From positions 554,650 through 618,649 of the forward strand of contig RHPI01000193.1 of NCBI GenBank assembly GCA_009103225.1: a stretch of DNA of 64,000 nt, read 5' to 3'. Below are positions 26,587-37,630 of this stretch, piece after piece (positions within the stretch are counted from its first letter, which is position 1; each line of letters begins with the position of its first letter). The DNA comes from Chlorokybus atmophyticus (taxonomy: Eukaryota; Plantae; Mesostigma and Chlorokybus algae). The notes under the pieces are model-generated. The model saw nothing but the letters and a program-made list of their open reading frames with translations. It did not search any database and was not told the origin of the DNA. The position numbers and the translations under genes were made by a program.

Positions 26587-29500
26587 ATGGCCGGATGATG
26601 GCACGCAAGGGCACCAGGTTGATAACGGGTCGAATGTCAGGCTTGATGGGCCTGGGTTCGACTAGGAGGCGGAGGACCAGGAGTCGGAGGAGGCGGCGGC
26701 GGCGTGGCACATTTTGCGAGAAGTTGTGGTCGTAAGAGTTCAAGCAGCGAAGCCAGCTACTACCGGTCGCCACGTCATGGATCATGGCAGGCGTCAGCAA
26801 TGGGGCTGTCCAACATGCATCACCAACATTGGACAAACCAGCAGGCAAGCCATTAAAGACCTTCTTCACACAGAGAGCTGCTAGGTGGCTCGCTTTCTGC
26901 AGCAGGGAGTGGATCAGGAGCTGCAGTCCTTGGAGCCCCTTGTCAGAACCATGCGGGACCAATTGCGGCTATGGGAACAAGCACAAAGGAATGCAGAGGT
27001 ACGCTCAACAGTCACTTGCATTTCCTGGCAAGAGCAATTTGTTTTTTAGCGCAGTCCATGTGATATATGTAGCATGGTTGCAGGCCTCCACTATTCACCC
27101 ATACCCACCCTACAGTCAAGCCGACATTGCAGAAGCAAGAGCAGATAGACAGAGCTGGGCGGCGGTATGTTGTTGCCAATCTCGCTGTGCATGTTGACTG
27201 CAATGTCGGCTCCAATGCATGCCTACCTTTGCATGCTAGGATGTGCGTGAGCGTGCGAAGTCGCGCGCGCGTGCCGAACGAAGTAGGCTGGGTTTAAGCA
27301 CAGGAGCGCGTGGCCATTTGTTTGGCATTCAACCAATAGTGCATCAACCAGCAATGACGTAGTCCATGCAATCATTCGTGCATCAACCAGCAATGCCGCA
27401 GGTGACTGTTCGAAGCAACCAACTGATGACGGTGTGACGCAGTTGACTATTGTAATTGCAGTGTCGCAAGCATGCAGCTAACCCACATGTGATTGGTTGA
27501 CAGCACCACACTGCACTAGGCCCTGTTGGAGCTCCTATGCAAGCCTGGATTCAATCCCATCAACTGGTCCTTCAATCCCACTTGCTGATGGGCGCGGCGG
27601 CAATGCGGCATCAGTTTAACATGCATGTTGGCCTGTTGAATCCCGACATGTCCATTGGGGCAGTGGCGCATGATGTGCCCATGGCTCAAGAGCTCCGTGA
27701 CGAGTCTGCCATCGAGGGTGGCGGGGAGAGTGCAGCCAATACCACCTTGTCAGCCCCCATGGCTTCCCCTGCTCCATGCAGCCCACGGGCCATTGAGGTA
27801 AGTCGCTGTTTTTTATGCTCGTGCCTTGGTAACAATGCGTCAGGCACTGCATAAGCTTATATTCGTCCTTTGCAACATTGTGAGCCATCTTATCTTGGGT
27901 CCTGTATACAGCCCCCCTTGCTGCATGCACAAGTGGTCTCACCTGCAGCTCCTGCTCCCCTCCCAGCCAGAGCGCAACCACCTTCCGCGGCACCAGTCCT
28001 TCATGCACTGCCATCTCCTCCACGAGCAGCACCGGTGATTGCGGGGCAACAATTCTTCTTGCCGCCACCGGCGAGACCACATCACAATGCAACAACCAAT
28101 GTGGCTTCTGCACCTACCTTACCCCACCCGCTGCAAGTTGAAGCCGGCAATCTGCCCCAAACTCAGGTACTTTATCAGTCACTGTGACTCTTGCCGTCCA
28201 CAGTTGGACACACCATGTGAGTGCTGTATGCGCATGCAGCAGGGGTCACCACCTGCCAGCGAGTCATCAGAGGAGCTGGCCGCAACCCGCATACGGCCAT
28301 TAGTCATGCTAGGTGGCCAGCTCGCCTCATGGGACCACTTCAATGCGCCAACGGATGGTAAATGCTTCTACCATTGTGTATTTCGCGCCAGGCCATCCAT
28401 AGCGCAAAGTGTCCTGGATGATCACATAAGTGCCCCAGCTCGAGCAGATTTTGGGCCATGCTGGACACCATGGACAACAACGGCAGGGGGCACACTCTCC
28501 GCAAAATCACCGCCAAGGCTGTCCATGCAGGCGTGGCGAGCAGAATCTTAGACTTCTGCAGAGCCACTGGTGCCGCGGGAGAGATGGCGCAGTATTACGA
28601 CAAACTGCCTGCGACCATGTTGGTTGATATCAACTGCAACATTGACCTAGCCATGGCCAAGGTGCGACAGATCGTGCGGAGAAAAGATGTGTACGTCGAG
28701 CACTTGCAAATGACTATGTTTGCCAACAAGCTGGGCTTGTTGATTGGCTGCGTGACCGTTCAGCGCGAGCATGGGGAGTGGGTGCCACGGCCCGGCAGCG
28801 CAGTTTGGGTTGGAAATAAAGAAGCCCCCAACTCAGTCCTGGTGGTGGGCAACACTGCTCCTGATGAGCCAGAAGCACACTTTTTGCTCCTCAAGCCTGC
28901 AAGCACCGAACAGTGGTTGTGGCCTATGCATGAAGTGCCACCGGAGGTAACTCACCTGATCGGAGAGTGGTGGAATGGCGTTGCCAATTCCCCGCTACCA
29001 CCGGCTGTGACCCAGAGTGCTGCGCCAACGCCTCAGGCCTCGCCTTCGTGTGCTAGGCAAGAAGTAGCCGAGTGTTCTGCACATCTTGCCTCCCCTCAAC
29101 CACAGCCACATGCTCGCAATCCCAATTCAGCAACCTCCCTTCCTGCCGCGAAGACTCACTTGCCACCGCACTCTGACCATCCGGAGGCATCTCCATCAAG
29201 AAGCAGCTGTAGCTCGCCCTCTCCCTCTAAGCTTGCCACATTGATCCCAGCCTGCCTTGTTGATAAAAAGATTGATCGAGGTATCCTGAAAGCTGCGCTG
29301 AAAGACAAAGGCTTCATGCTCGACCTCATGAAGCAACATGAGGTCGTGGAGGAACGGGAGGCAACCAACAAGCGCAAGGCTGTGGAGCAAGAAGATAACG
29401 CCTTACCTCCTCTGAGTGACAGTGCCACGGAGAGCGCCTGCCAGGATGTGCAGGGTGACAAAAAAAAAAGAAGGTTGTTGGAACAAAGGACGCTGACAGG

Positions 29501-30623
29501 ACCCAAAAAGGAAAGGTGAGGCATCGTTACAACATTAGAAGAAGCACAGCGCCTTGAAGCCTCACTGGGGCTAACTGTGTGCCCTGAGTAGGCACAGGCG
29601 GGTTTACATCGTCAAGTGGCTGCTCAGCATCGTCCAGAGAGACAGCCGGTGCGGCACGAGCTGCCTAAGCTCAAAGCACCGACGCGCAGACGCTTTGGGG
29701 GGCTGACTCGTAGTGCAAAGGAGTTGATCACCCTACAGTACGCCTAAGACGCGCTGCATCGCCGCATGCGGCATGCCTTGAGGTGGGTGACGAAAGTTTG
29801 CAATAAGTGGGAGCAAACGCGGAGAATGCGGTCTAAACAGACCTCTGGGGATTGGCCGTGGTTGGAACCCATACACGATATGGCCATCCGTAGTACGTTG
29901 TTGGCCCTCGCCGTCCTCGATATGATGGTGTTGTTGCTGTCGCAGCAACCCGGCAATGTGCAAGAGCGATCTGCGGAGCAGAACTTCGACCTGCTGCAGC
30001 AGATGTACCTGTCGATGTCGACTAATGCGGGTCGAGATGTGTGCCACTACCTGAGCAAACATACTGGGTGGCAAGTAAAATTCGAGCTGTACTTGGCATG
30101 CTTTGGCTGGCAGTGGCTGTATGTCATACGGCACATCGAGCTGATTCTGTGGAAGCTCGAAGAAAATGACGATGCGGGGGAGTACACGAGTGACGACAGC
30201 CATGTCGAGGGCCTGGATGAACGCATGCTGGACGAGACCACCAAGACCAGCAGGTGGTGTATGGCGGCAGATGGGCGTCAGGTGATCGAGCAGGCAGTGG
30301 AGCGTTATGCTGCGCCATTCAGATGGGAGTCGCTACGCCTGCGACGCGATAACAGAGTTTGGTGGCAGAGGCAGCTTGCACACCCGCGTGCACCATGTGT
30401 GCTGATTTGTTGCATTGAAGAGCCACCCCCCCCAGCGGATGGGGAGACGCCCTGTTGCAAGAAAGCGATGTGCCATGTCTGCATCATAGCACATCAGAAG
30501 ACTGTGGCAAATAAATCAAACAATCGACAAGCGTGTCCATTCTGCAAGCAACCTCACCCGTTTTGGTCGCCACACCTGATGCAAGACGCCAACGTGTCGG
30601 CGGTGATTTGGCCCCCGCCTTGA
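26587..30623 (+). pseudogene. Multi-exon OTU-like deubiquitinase plus C-terminal RING finger gene, decayed
   Basis: OTU Cys box APTDGKCFYHCV (~28345-28380), YVEHLQMTMFANKLGLLIGCV and His box EAHFLLL. RING-like CVLICC...PCCKKAMCHVC...CPFC (~30395-30545). Lesions: frameshift ~28400, A10 run 29460-29469, TAA 29745, and TAG codons in exon 1. Confidence 0.7.
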
Positions 30624-30924
30624 TGCCAATTGTGCATGTATTGTAGTTTTGTGTTGGCTTCCTGTAAACCATGTAGGTACATGTATAGTTGCAGCATGGT
30701 GCATGGTGCACCAGAGATTTGCTGTTGTTAGCATTGGATGTACATGTGTATGATGACTGCCCGGCGCATGAGTCAGTGCATGGCTTGCATACCTCGCTGG
30801 TTTAGAGCGTGGTTGACAGCAACAAACTCGGACAGCGCTCTGGGTTCCATGGCATGACAGCACAGTATTACTCTACGATCGTGGTAGTATGCGAGTATCC
30901 TTGTACTGTAGTACCATTAACAGA

Positions 30925-30985
30925 TGGAGTACCATTCATTTTGATGTAGTACCATGCATGGTACTGCAATAGCATATAAGGTACA
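30925..30985. repeat. Internal GTACCAT/ATGGTAC motif cluster upstream of the methyltransferase gene
   Basis: GTACCAT occurs repeatedly from ~30911, including the mini-palindrome GTACCAT-GC-ATGGTAC at ~30950-30965. Confidence 0.6.
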
Positions 30986-31103
30986 GTCGTGCTTCACGTG
31001 AAGTTTAACCCATTCAGGGTTCGTAAGCTGGCAACCCTAAATTGATGCCCATACCCTAAAGTCTCGCTCAGTTTGTGGGCAGCCGTGCCGATTCCTATTT
31101 TGC

Positions 31104-32842
31104 ATGATGTCTGCGGCAGCAGTTGAATCACCCTCACCTAGGAGACCATGCTTGGTGTGCCCACAATGCAATGCGTACGTATGTGCCAATGGCCGTAGGC
31201 AGCAAATGCGAGCACACTTGACCGAATGCCAGCGAGTGCAGACAGTGTGCCACGGTTTTAGTGCTGCTTGCTGGCATCACACCACACACAATGTCGACGT
31301 GTTTGGCTGCCGCCTCGGCCAAGTGCTGTGCAAGGAACCCGAGTTTTTCCATTGCGTGCAGTGCGTGTGCGAATCGTGCTCGCGCTCATGCTTCGAGTGG
31401 CGAGGGGAACCCATGCGCTTCTTCACATGGACAACACCGGGACATGTGGTTAGTGGACAGGTGGTGGATGCTGTGGAGGTAATCCACAAGAGTGGACCGC
31501 GACGTATCACTGCATGTTATGTTGGGCGTATGCTTATTTCATGCATGTTGAAGCTGTTGTCGCATTCAGAGCAGTCTTGCACGGTGTGGGCGTGGGCAGT
31601 TCCATCCCCTGGCCGCTGTAGAGGAGGCAGACCATCGACCGTTGGACAGCGCACTGCATCGGCTGCGGAACGCAGTTAAGTTGGGATGCGAGCAGCTGAT
31701 CGGTGTGAGTGTCATGGTGCATTGGCCGCTGGATGGGGAATGGTATGCGGGCGTTGTGGAATCATTCAAGCAAGCGTCAGGTCAGCATCGCTTCGTGGCG
31801 TGCGAGATTGAGGACGCATCATATATGCATGGTGCAATGGAAAATGTCTTTGCAGGGCAGCACCGTATAGTATTCGATGACGGTGATCGACCACAAACCA
31901 TCAACTTCAAAGGGCACAACGTATTCGCGTACACATCAGTTGACGGGGCACGCCATGTTCTGCGCGTCGGATGGGAGAACGTCAGTCGCAAAGTAAGCCC
32001 GGACGGCATCATTCTTAGTCCCTGGCCAGCACCACGGCCAGCCTTGACCACATACACGCCATTTGACAACAAGCTTGGACGCACACGCAGACCAAGGGCA
32101 CTCGACCTATTCTGCGGCGGTGGCGGTGCCAGTGTCGGTCTATACCACGCAGGCTTTGACGTGACCGGGATGGACATAAGTCCCTCCTCTGAGTACCCGC
32201 TGCCCTTCATACACCGCGATGTATGCACCCTGAGTGCAGGAGAGCTGAGCGAGTACGAGCTCATCTGGGCCAGTCCACCATGCCAGGCCTATTCAGGTGC
32301 TATCCCGGCACCTCAACGGGCGGCACATGGCACATCCTGGAGACACCAGGATATGATACCGCTCGTCCGACGTCTGCTGCTTGCAAACCAGGTCAAGTTT
32401 GTGATTGAGAATGTGCCAGGAGCAGCTTCCTCATTCAGACCCAATCTGTCCCTTTGTGGCACAATGTTCGGCCTATCAACTTTCCGACACCGTCTGTTTG
32501 AGACACAGCCAGTGGTAGCTACCCCACCAGCACGCTGCTCGCATGCGGGCAAGGCAGTTGGACTGCTATCGCCGCACCTGTCCGCTAGCGCGAAGAAGAC
32601 AATCGTGACATCAAACGCGCCACAGCAGATGTACCCGGTNATACCCGGTCTATGGCCTTTCAAGCACCAGGGGCGGCATTGCTGCGTGGCAAACAGCTCT
32701 GGGAGTGCCATGGATGACCTCGGCCGTTTCCATAGCGAATGCAGTTCCTCCCACAATGGCGGAGTGCATAGGGCGTCTCATGCTTGAAACAATGGATATG
32801 CGCTGTGACCACCCTCATGTATCATGGAACTATGAGGCTTGA
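31104..32842 (+). CDS. Zn-finger / Tudor / phage-type DNA cytosine-5 methyltransferase fusion (about 520 aa, 3 exons)
   Basis: Model: 31104-31478, 31570-31780, 31856-32842 (GT-AG, phases consistent). Tudor LIGVSVMVHWPLDGEWYAGVVESFKQASGQHRIVFDDGD. MTase ALDLFCGGGGAS, IWASPPCQ, FVIENVPG, LCGTMFGLSTFRHRLFE and LGVPWMT...NAVPPTMAECIG. The frameshift at N32640 disappears when the duplicated 10 nt are removed. Confidence 0.88.
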
Positions 32843-32999
32843 GTGTGGTGCACTGTATTGATGCTTAATGCCACACGGCGGACTGATTGTTGAATGTTGC
32901 ATGGATCATTCAATTGTGGTGACAATTGTGCAGTGACAGCTGCCCGGTATTGTACACGTCCACATGCAAACGTCTTAGCATACGATTAGCAATGCCTAA

Positions 33000-35900
33000 T
33001 TGACTGATATGCTCCAAACTCAGATTAGTGAGACAAGTACATGTGTCACGTGGAAGTGCAGTGAACGTTCACCAAATACTTGCCCTCTTGTACACGGGCG
33101 CTGTCCTTGTCAAACAGGGGAGCAGCTGGACAATGCCTTTTACTTGCTCCAGAGTCACGACATCGAGATGTGGACCGCCTCGACGCTTTTCCCATTCCAG
33201 AGCAATGCACTTTGTGTCGCTCGTCACATCCAGCTTCGTGTACCAGCGGACAAACACGACCTCCTTCCACACGCGCTCGCCGCTACCACCCCACACCACC
33301 ACGCGCAGAAAAAGGAGTGCCTGAGCCCACCACGTCACGTTCACACCGTCCTCATCACCTTCCAACTCAAGTGTGGAGAACCAAGGCCGCCCATGGAACA
33401 TCCCAGTTGCGCGCGCCATGCTGACTCCTAATATCATGTACACCGCTGCGCCTCCGTTCACCACGCGAACAGCACGCCACCCGTCGGCCAACTTCAGTTG
33501 TTGCCTCCTCAACCAGCCGTCCAGGGTGGCAGGCAGCTTGTCGGCGAATGGAGTCTTCAAGGCGACTTGGCGGCTACGCGCAGATCCGCTCCAGTACGGG
33601 CTAGACTCCCTCCTTGTCAGCACATCCATCCGTAGCAACTTGTCCGTCTTCTCCATGACATTACAGCACTGCTGCCGCGCCTGCGCCACAACCGAGCGCA
33701 TCTCGGGATCCACGACCATGCCATCCTCTCTCACATATTCCGCACAGCTCCATGCCTTCAGGATACGTGCCTGGTAGTCCCGGTTGTTGCCACCACGCGC
33801 CCACCGTTTGATATTTTGGGCGTGCGTCTGCTCCATGCGGTTGGCGCTGAACCAATCTAGGTGTCCACTGCTGATAATTGCCGGCTTAAAATGAGTGAGC
33901 TGATGCATCTTCTCGATCTTTCAACCTCACTTCTGTGCAGAATATGACGACAGTAGCGGATGCAACACTGCAGCTTTGAAGGCAGCCAGCTCGTTGTCGG
34001 ATGTGGTCAGGGTTTCTCTTGTGTTCATGTGCCTTGAGCAACTTCTTGTTCCACTGGGCAAGCGTTGCGGCAGCAATGGTGAAGAAATCGTTGCCCTCAC
34101 TGTCGAGCAGCAAACCGTCTGCGAGGACCGGCAGCAGCTGCAGCACCGCCACTTTCTCCCCACCTGAAAGGAGTGGTCGGACAGGAAGAAATCTACTGTG
34201 CTTGTGGGTGCCTTGCAGTGCGAAACCCGCAGAGTCGCCTTGCATGCATTCAGCCTGTGCACATCTGCTCGTGAGCACGTGTTGTTGGCTTTTGTGTTCA
34301 ACACAAAAGCAACACCAAAGACGTGCCTGGCCTGCAGAATTTGTCTCGTGGATGGACGCATTCGTTCCTTCGCGGCGTCGTACATAGCAGCAAGCAGGTG
34401 GTCAATGATGCCTCCCAGCACATGCATTGCGTCAGGGGCAAGACGAGAGTACTAGTCAGCTCCCGGCACCCGCGATTGTCGCCAACCCCACAGTGCATTC
34501 TGTTGCCAAACCACATTGCCTGGTATCACGGAAAGCCATTCATCCTCACGAATGCTGATAATTTGACCATTACCTCCTCGACATGCATGGAGTGCTGCTC
34601 TTTGAAAGCCTTGGCTGTCTGGCGTGCATTCCTAACACCGCTATGCAGGTCCGCCCGCAGCTGACGTATTGCTGGTGTGTAGAAGGCCTCGGNTTCAATT
34701 CCCGGTCCTCATTCATCTCTAACAGATCTGATTTGGTGACGAGATAAACATCGCAAGGATGTCGTGTTTGGTTGCTCGACACAGTGCGTGCGAGTGTGGC
34801 AGTCTCTTACAACACGACAAACTCAGATGTTCTACTGACAACATCCTCCATGCACTGTTTGCTGGCAGGCTGCATCCGATTACAACCATTCATGCCCACT
34901 ACCTGCAAATCGCTGATGTAGTTGGCAAGCGCGGGAAACACACGATGCTCGATGCCATTCGGATCGATGAGCTGCAGACCTTCCCAACTCGCCCGCTTCA
35001 CATCCTCTAACACTACATTCAAAGCGTCATGAAACGTCTTACGTTTCCGAATGGAGAACGATTCCTTGCCCTGCGCCCAGGTGGGATGCCCGGCCACTGC
35101 GTGAACCACCGGCGGAAGCGCTATCATAACAACCCCCATGTTGCTAGCATACATGTCCCAACTGTAGTTGGCAAGCGATGCCATTAGAGGGTAGCCAGAG
35201 CGCTTGCCCGCGCTGTCCAGCGTGGTCTTGTCACTGTACAGAATGGCAGGCGCCAAGTAGGACGCTTCCCCCACCTCTCCTCAAATCCACCTCCACATCC
35301 TTCCACCAATCGCCCGTGGAAGGATGGCCATAGCTGTGCTCGTCATCAGTGTACTGGAGATTGAAGCCATTGGCGGCATGTGGATTGCCATACAACCGCG
35401 CGAGCCATACCTGCTCCGACCAAGAGCATTACTTACTATGCTGGCCTCAGAATAGATACTGCATCGATACTGCATTAGGTACTGCATTTCACAGACCTTG
35501 GCCGGCATATATGTGACGCAGATGTCCTGATCCTCAGGGTCTCCAGGCTTGCGCAGGTCAGCCGTCACGTAGTTCTGATACGGCAGCACACTCGCATGTG
35601 CATATGTGACATGGCTCTGATGGTTGAAGCACATGCACCGCACACCGTGAACACACCTCAGACTGAGAGAAAGCAATCGTGGTCCGGAGGTAGCTGGCCA
35701 CATGCACACCGGTCTCCCACTGGAGCTCTTCCGTCAGGAAGTGTGCATTTCGGATGCACTTGATGATCTGCCCCATGTCGGAGGCCGACCGGCCTTGGCC
35801 GTTGTTGCACTGCACGAATGCCTTTGCAAGAGCATGCTCCGAGCCATACCACCTGGATTCCGACGCGTGCGAAGGGACGCCTCCACTTCCATGTTGGCGT

Positions 35901-36181
35901 GCCACAAGTTTCTCAGGCACACGCACACATCGAAAGCCCTCGTTCACTTCCTCCTCCTCCTGTTGCTGCTGTGCGTGTGTCTCCTGGAGGAATCCTTTAG
36001 CATCAAGCATGTGAGCATCCTGAATCAAACTCCCCCGTTCAACATGACCCGCATCGTACTGTAATGGACGCTGGCCGACATACAGCTTGATCTGCTTGCA
36101 CACCCTGCTGCTAATAATGTGCATGTAGACCGAGCTGCGTGTGGCGAAGCGCATGTGGCAATACGGACAAAGGACTCCCAT
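33000..36181 (-). mobile_element. Plavaka-type (CMC/EnSpm-related) transposase gene with N-terminal C2H2 finger, decayed
   Basis: CPYCHMRFATRSSVYMHIISSRVC; YGHPSTGDWWKDVE; AILYSDKT...GYPLMASLAN; FHDALNVVLE...GIEHRVFPALANYISD; DAMHVL; KMHQLTHF...D.FS...EQTH; VFVRWY. These resemble Plavaka transposase motifs as I recall them. Frameshift ~35275 and TGA codons ~33920-33930. Confidence 0.8.
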
Positions 36182-36333
36182 ATCTCACTATTAACGTCGA
36201 TACAGGTGTCGCCAATGTAACCTGCATCATATCCAGCAACACGCACACTAGCCGCCGCCGCCGCCGCTGCCACCGCCACCGCCACCGCTACCGCTACCCT
36301 TGCATGCCACAGGCGCGAAACTTGGCCGCCATT

Positions 36334-36515
36334 CACTGGCTCCGTCGTACCATCATAATGGTACGATCGAGCCATTGCACGTCCAGGGTGAGTTCCTGGA
36401 TATATATATATACATATATATTATGATTGAACCGTTTCAATGGTACGAAGATGCCTTTGCCAAAAGGTATATGCATTGTACAAAGGTACCATTAAAATGG
36501 TACCTTTGTACAATG
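36334..36515. repeat. Cluster of GTACCAT/ATGGTAC palindromes (right)
   Basis: 36334-36377 CACTGGCTCCGTCGTACCAT-CATA-ATGGTACGATCGAGCCATTG (16/17 identical to the left hairpin arm), and a perfect 20-bp-stem hairpin at 36474-36515. Confidence 0.9.
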
Positions 36516-36678
36516 GCAATAGCAGTTCATACCATTGACAATTCTGGCAATGTTAGTCCCCCTGCGCATGAAAACACCATTGATAGCTCCGCCAAGCTAT
36601 GCCCTTACAGGGGCGTGATGCCGAGGGTATGTGGCGTTTAGAAGATCGTCGGCGGCGCTGCCAGGGGCGTAGTGGGCA

Positions 36679-37630
36679 TTGTGGTCGAGGTCCGGGATGG
36701 ATTCCATGTTCGCACAGGGCGGGCAGGGTGCCGGAGGGGTGTCCTCGGTGTCAAACCCCACCAAGACTACCGATGGCACAATTAATGACAACAGTGACTC
36801 GGGCGATATCTTACAGGGCTCCCCCTCCGAGTGGGCAAAGGCACACCACAATACTGCCTCCAAGAAAATCCGACCCACCAGCAGCTGCGACCACGGCGAC
36901 ATGATTGAAGGGACCAAACAAGACTGGCATAACCAAGGTGCACGTGGGTTACGATGCACTGTCAATGCCACATGCTAGGGTTCTTTTATCTTGCACATGC
37001 ACAGCCTCAAGTATCTTGCACTTGACATACAGTGTCAATATGACATGCACACCCTCATGCACAACCTCCAGTGTCATGCACATGAACAGCATGACCAATC
37101 TCGCAGATGCACAGCCTATTTCTACTTGCGGGAGCTCACAAGTCGCAAAAGAGAAGCTGTGGAGTACCACGAACGGGTAATCCATGACCTCGTTTAATGT
37201 TTCCAGCGGTAATTAAGCAGTATGCTTGCAGATTGCCATGTTGGTCAGAGTGAACCAAGAGCAGCGCGGCAGGCTGACTGTCTGCCTGGCGGAGTGCAAC
37301 AAAGCGGAAGACGAGGTAAGCGTGTGTATGCTGATGGGCTAGTCCTCTGGCAGCACGCCACTCTTACAGCATTACCAAACGCAGGTGGTCACTCTCAAAG
37401 CGACCATCAAGCGCATGCGTGTGCACGGCGAGGCGCTGACATTCAAGCAAAAGGACGAAGTAGCCGCTGTACTGTCAGCGAGCGAGGCAGCGGATGAAGA
37501 TGACTCCGGCGTTGAAGCAGAAGACTCGTCGGAGGAGGAACATGAGGAGGGGGTTTGAGGAGGAGTTCTGAGGCAGGCACCACGGGTTGACAAGCTGCAC
37601 ATGAGGCCGACAGCTAGACTCAATGTTATA
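36679..37630 (+). pseudogene. Multi-exon gene remnant of unknown function (gene E)
   Basis: Protein-like exon blocks with GT-AG borders (e.g. ...CLAECNKAEDE|GTAAG; VVTLKATIKRMRVHGEALTFKQKDEVAAV...EEEHEEGV), interrupted by stops. Confidence 0.4.

Noticed and set aside
32632-32650. Apparent frameshift truncating the methyltransferase
   Set aside because: TACCCGGT is duplicated around N32640. Removing 10 nt restores the frame into the expected C-terminal motifs.
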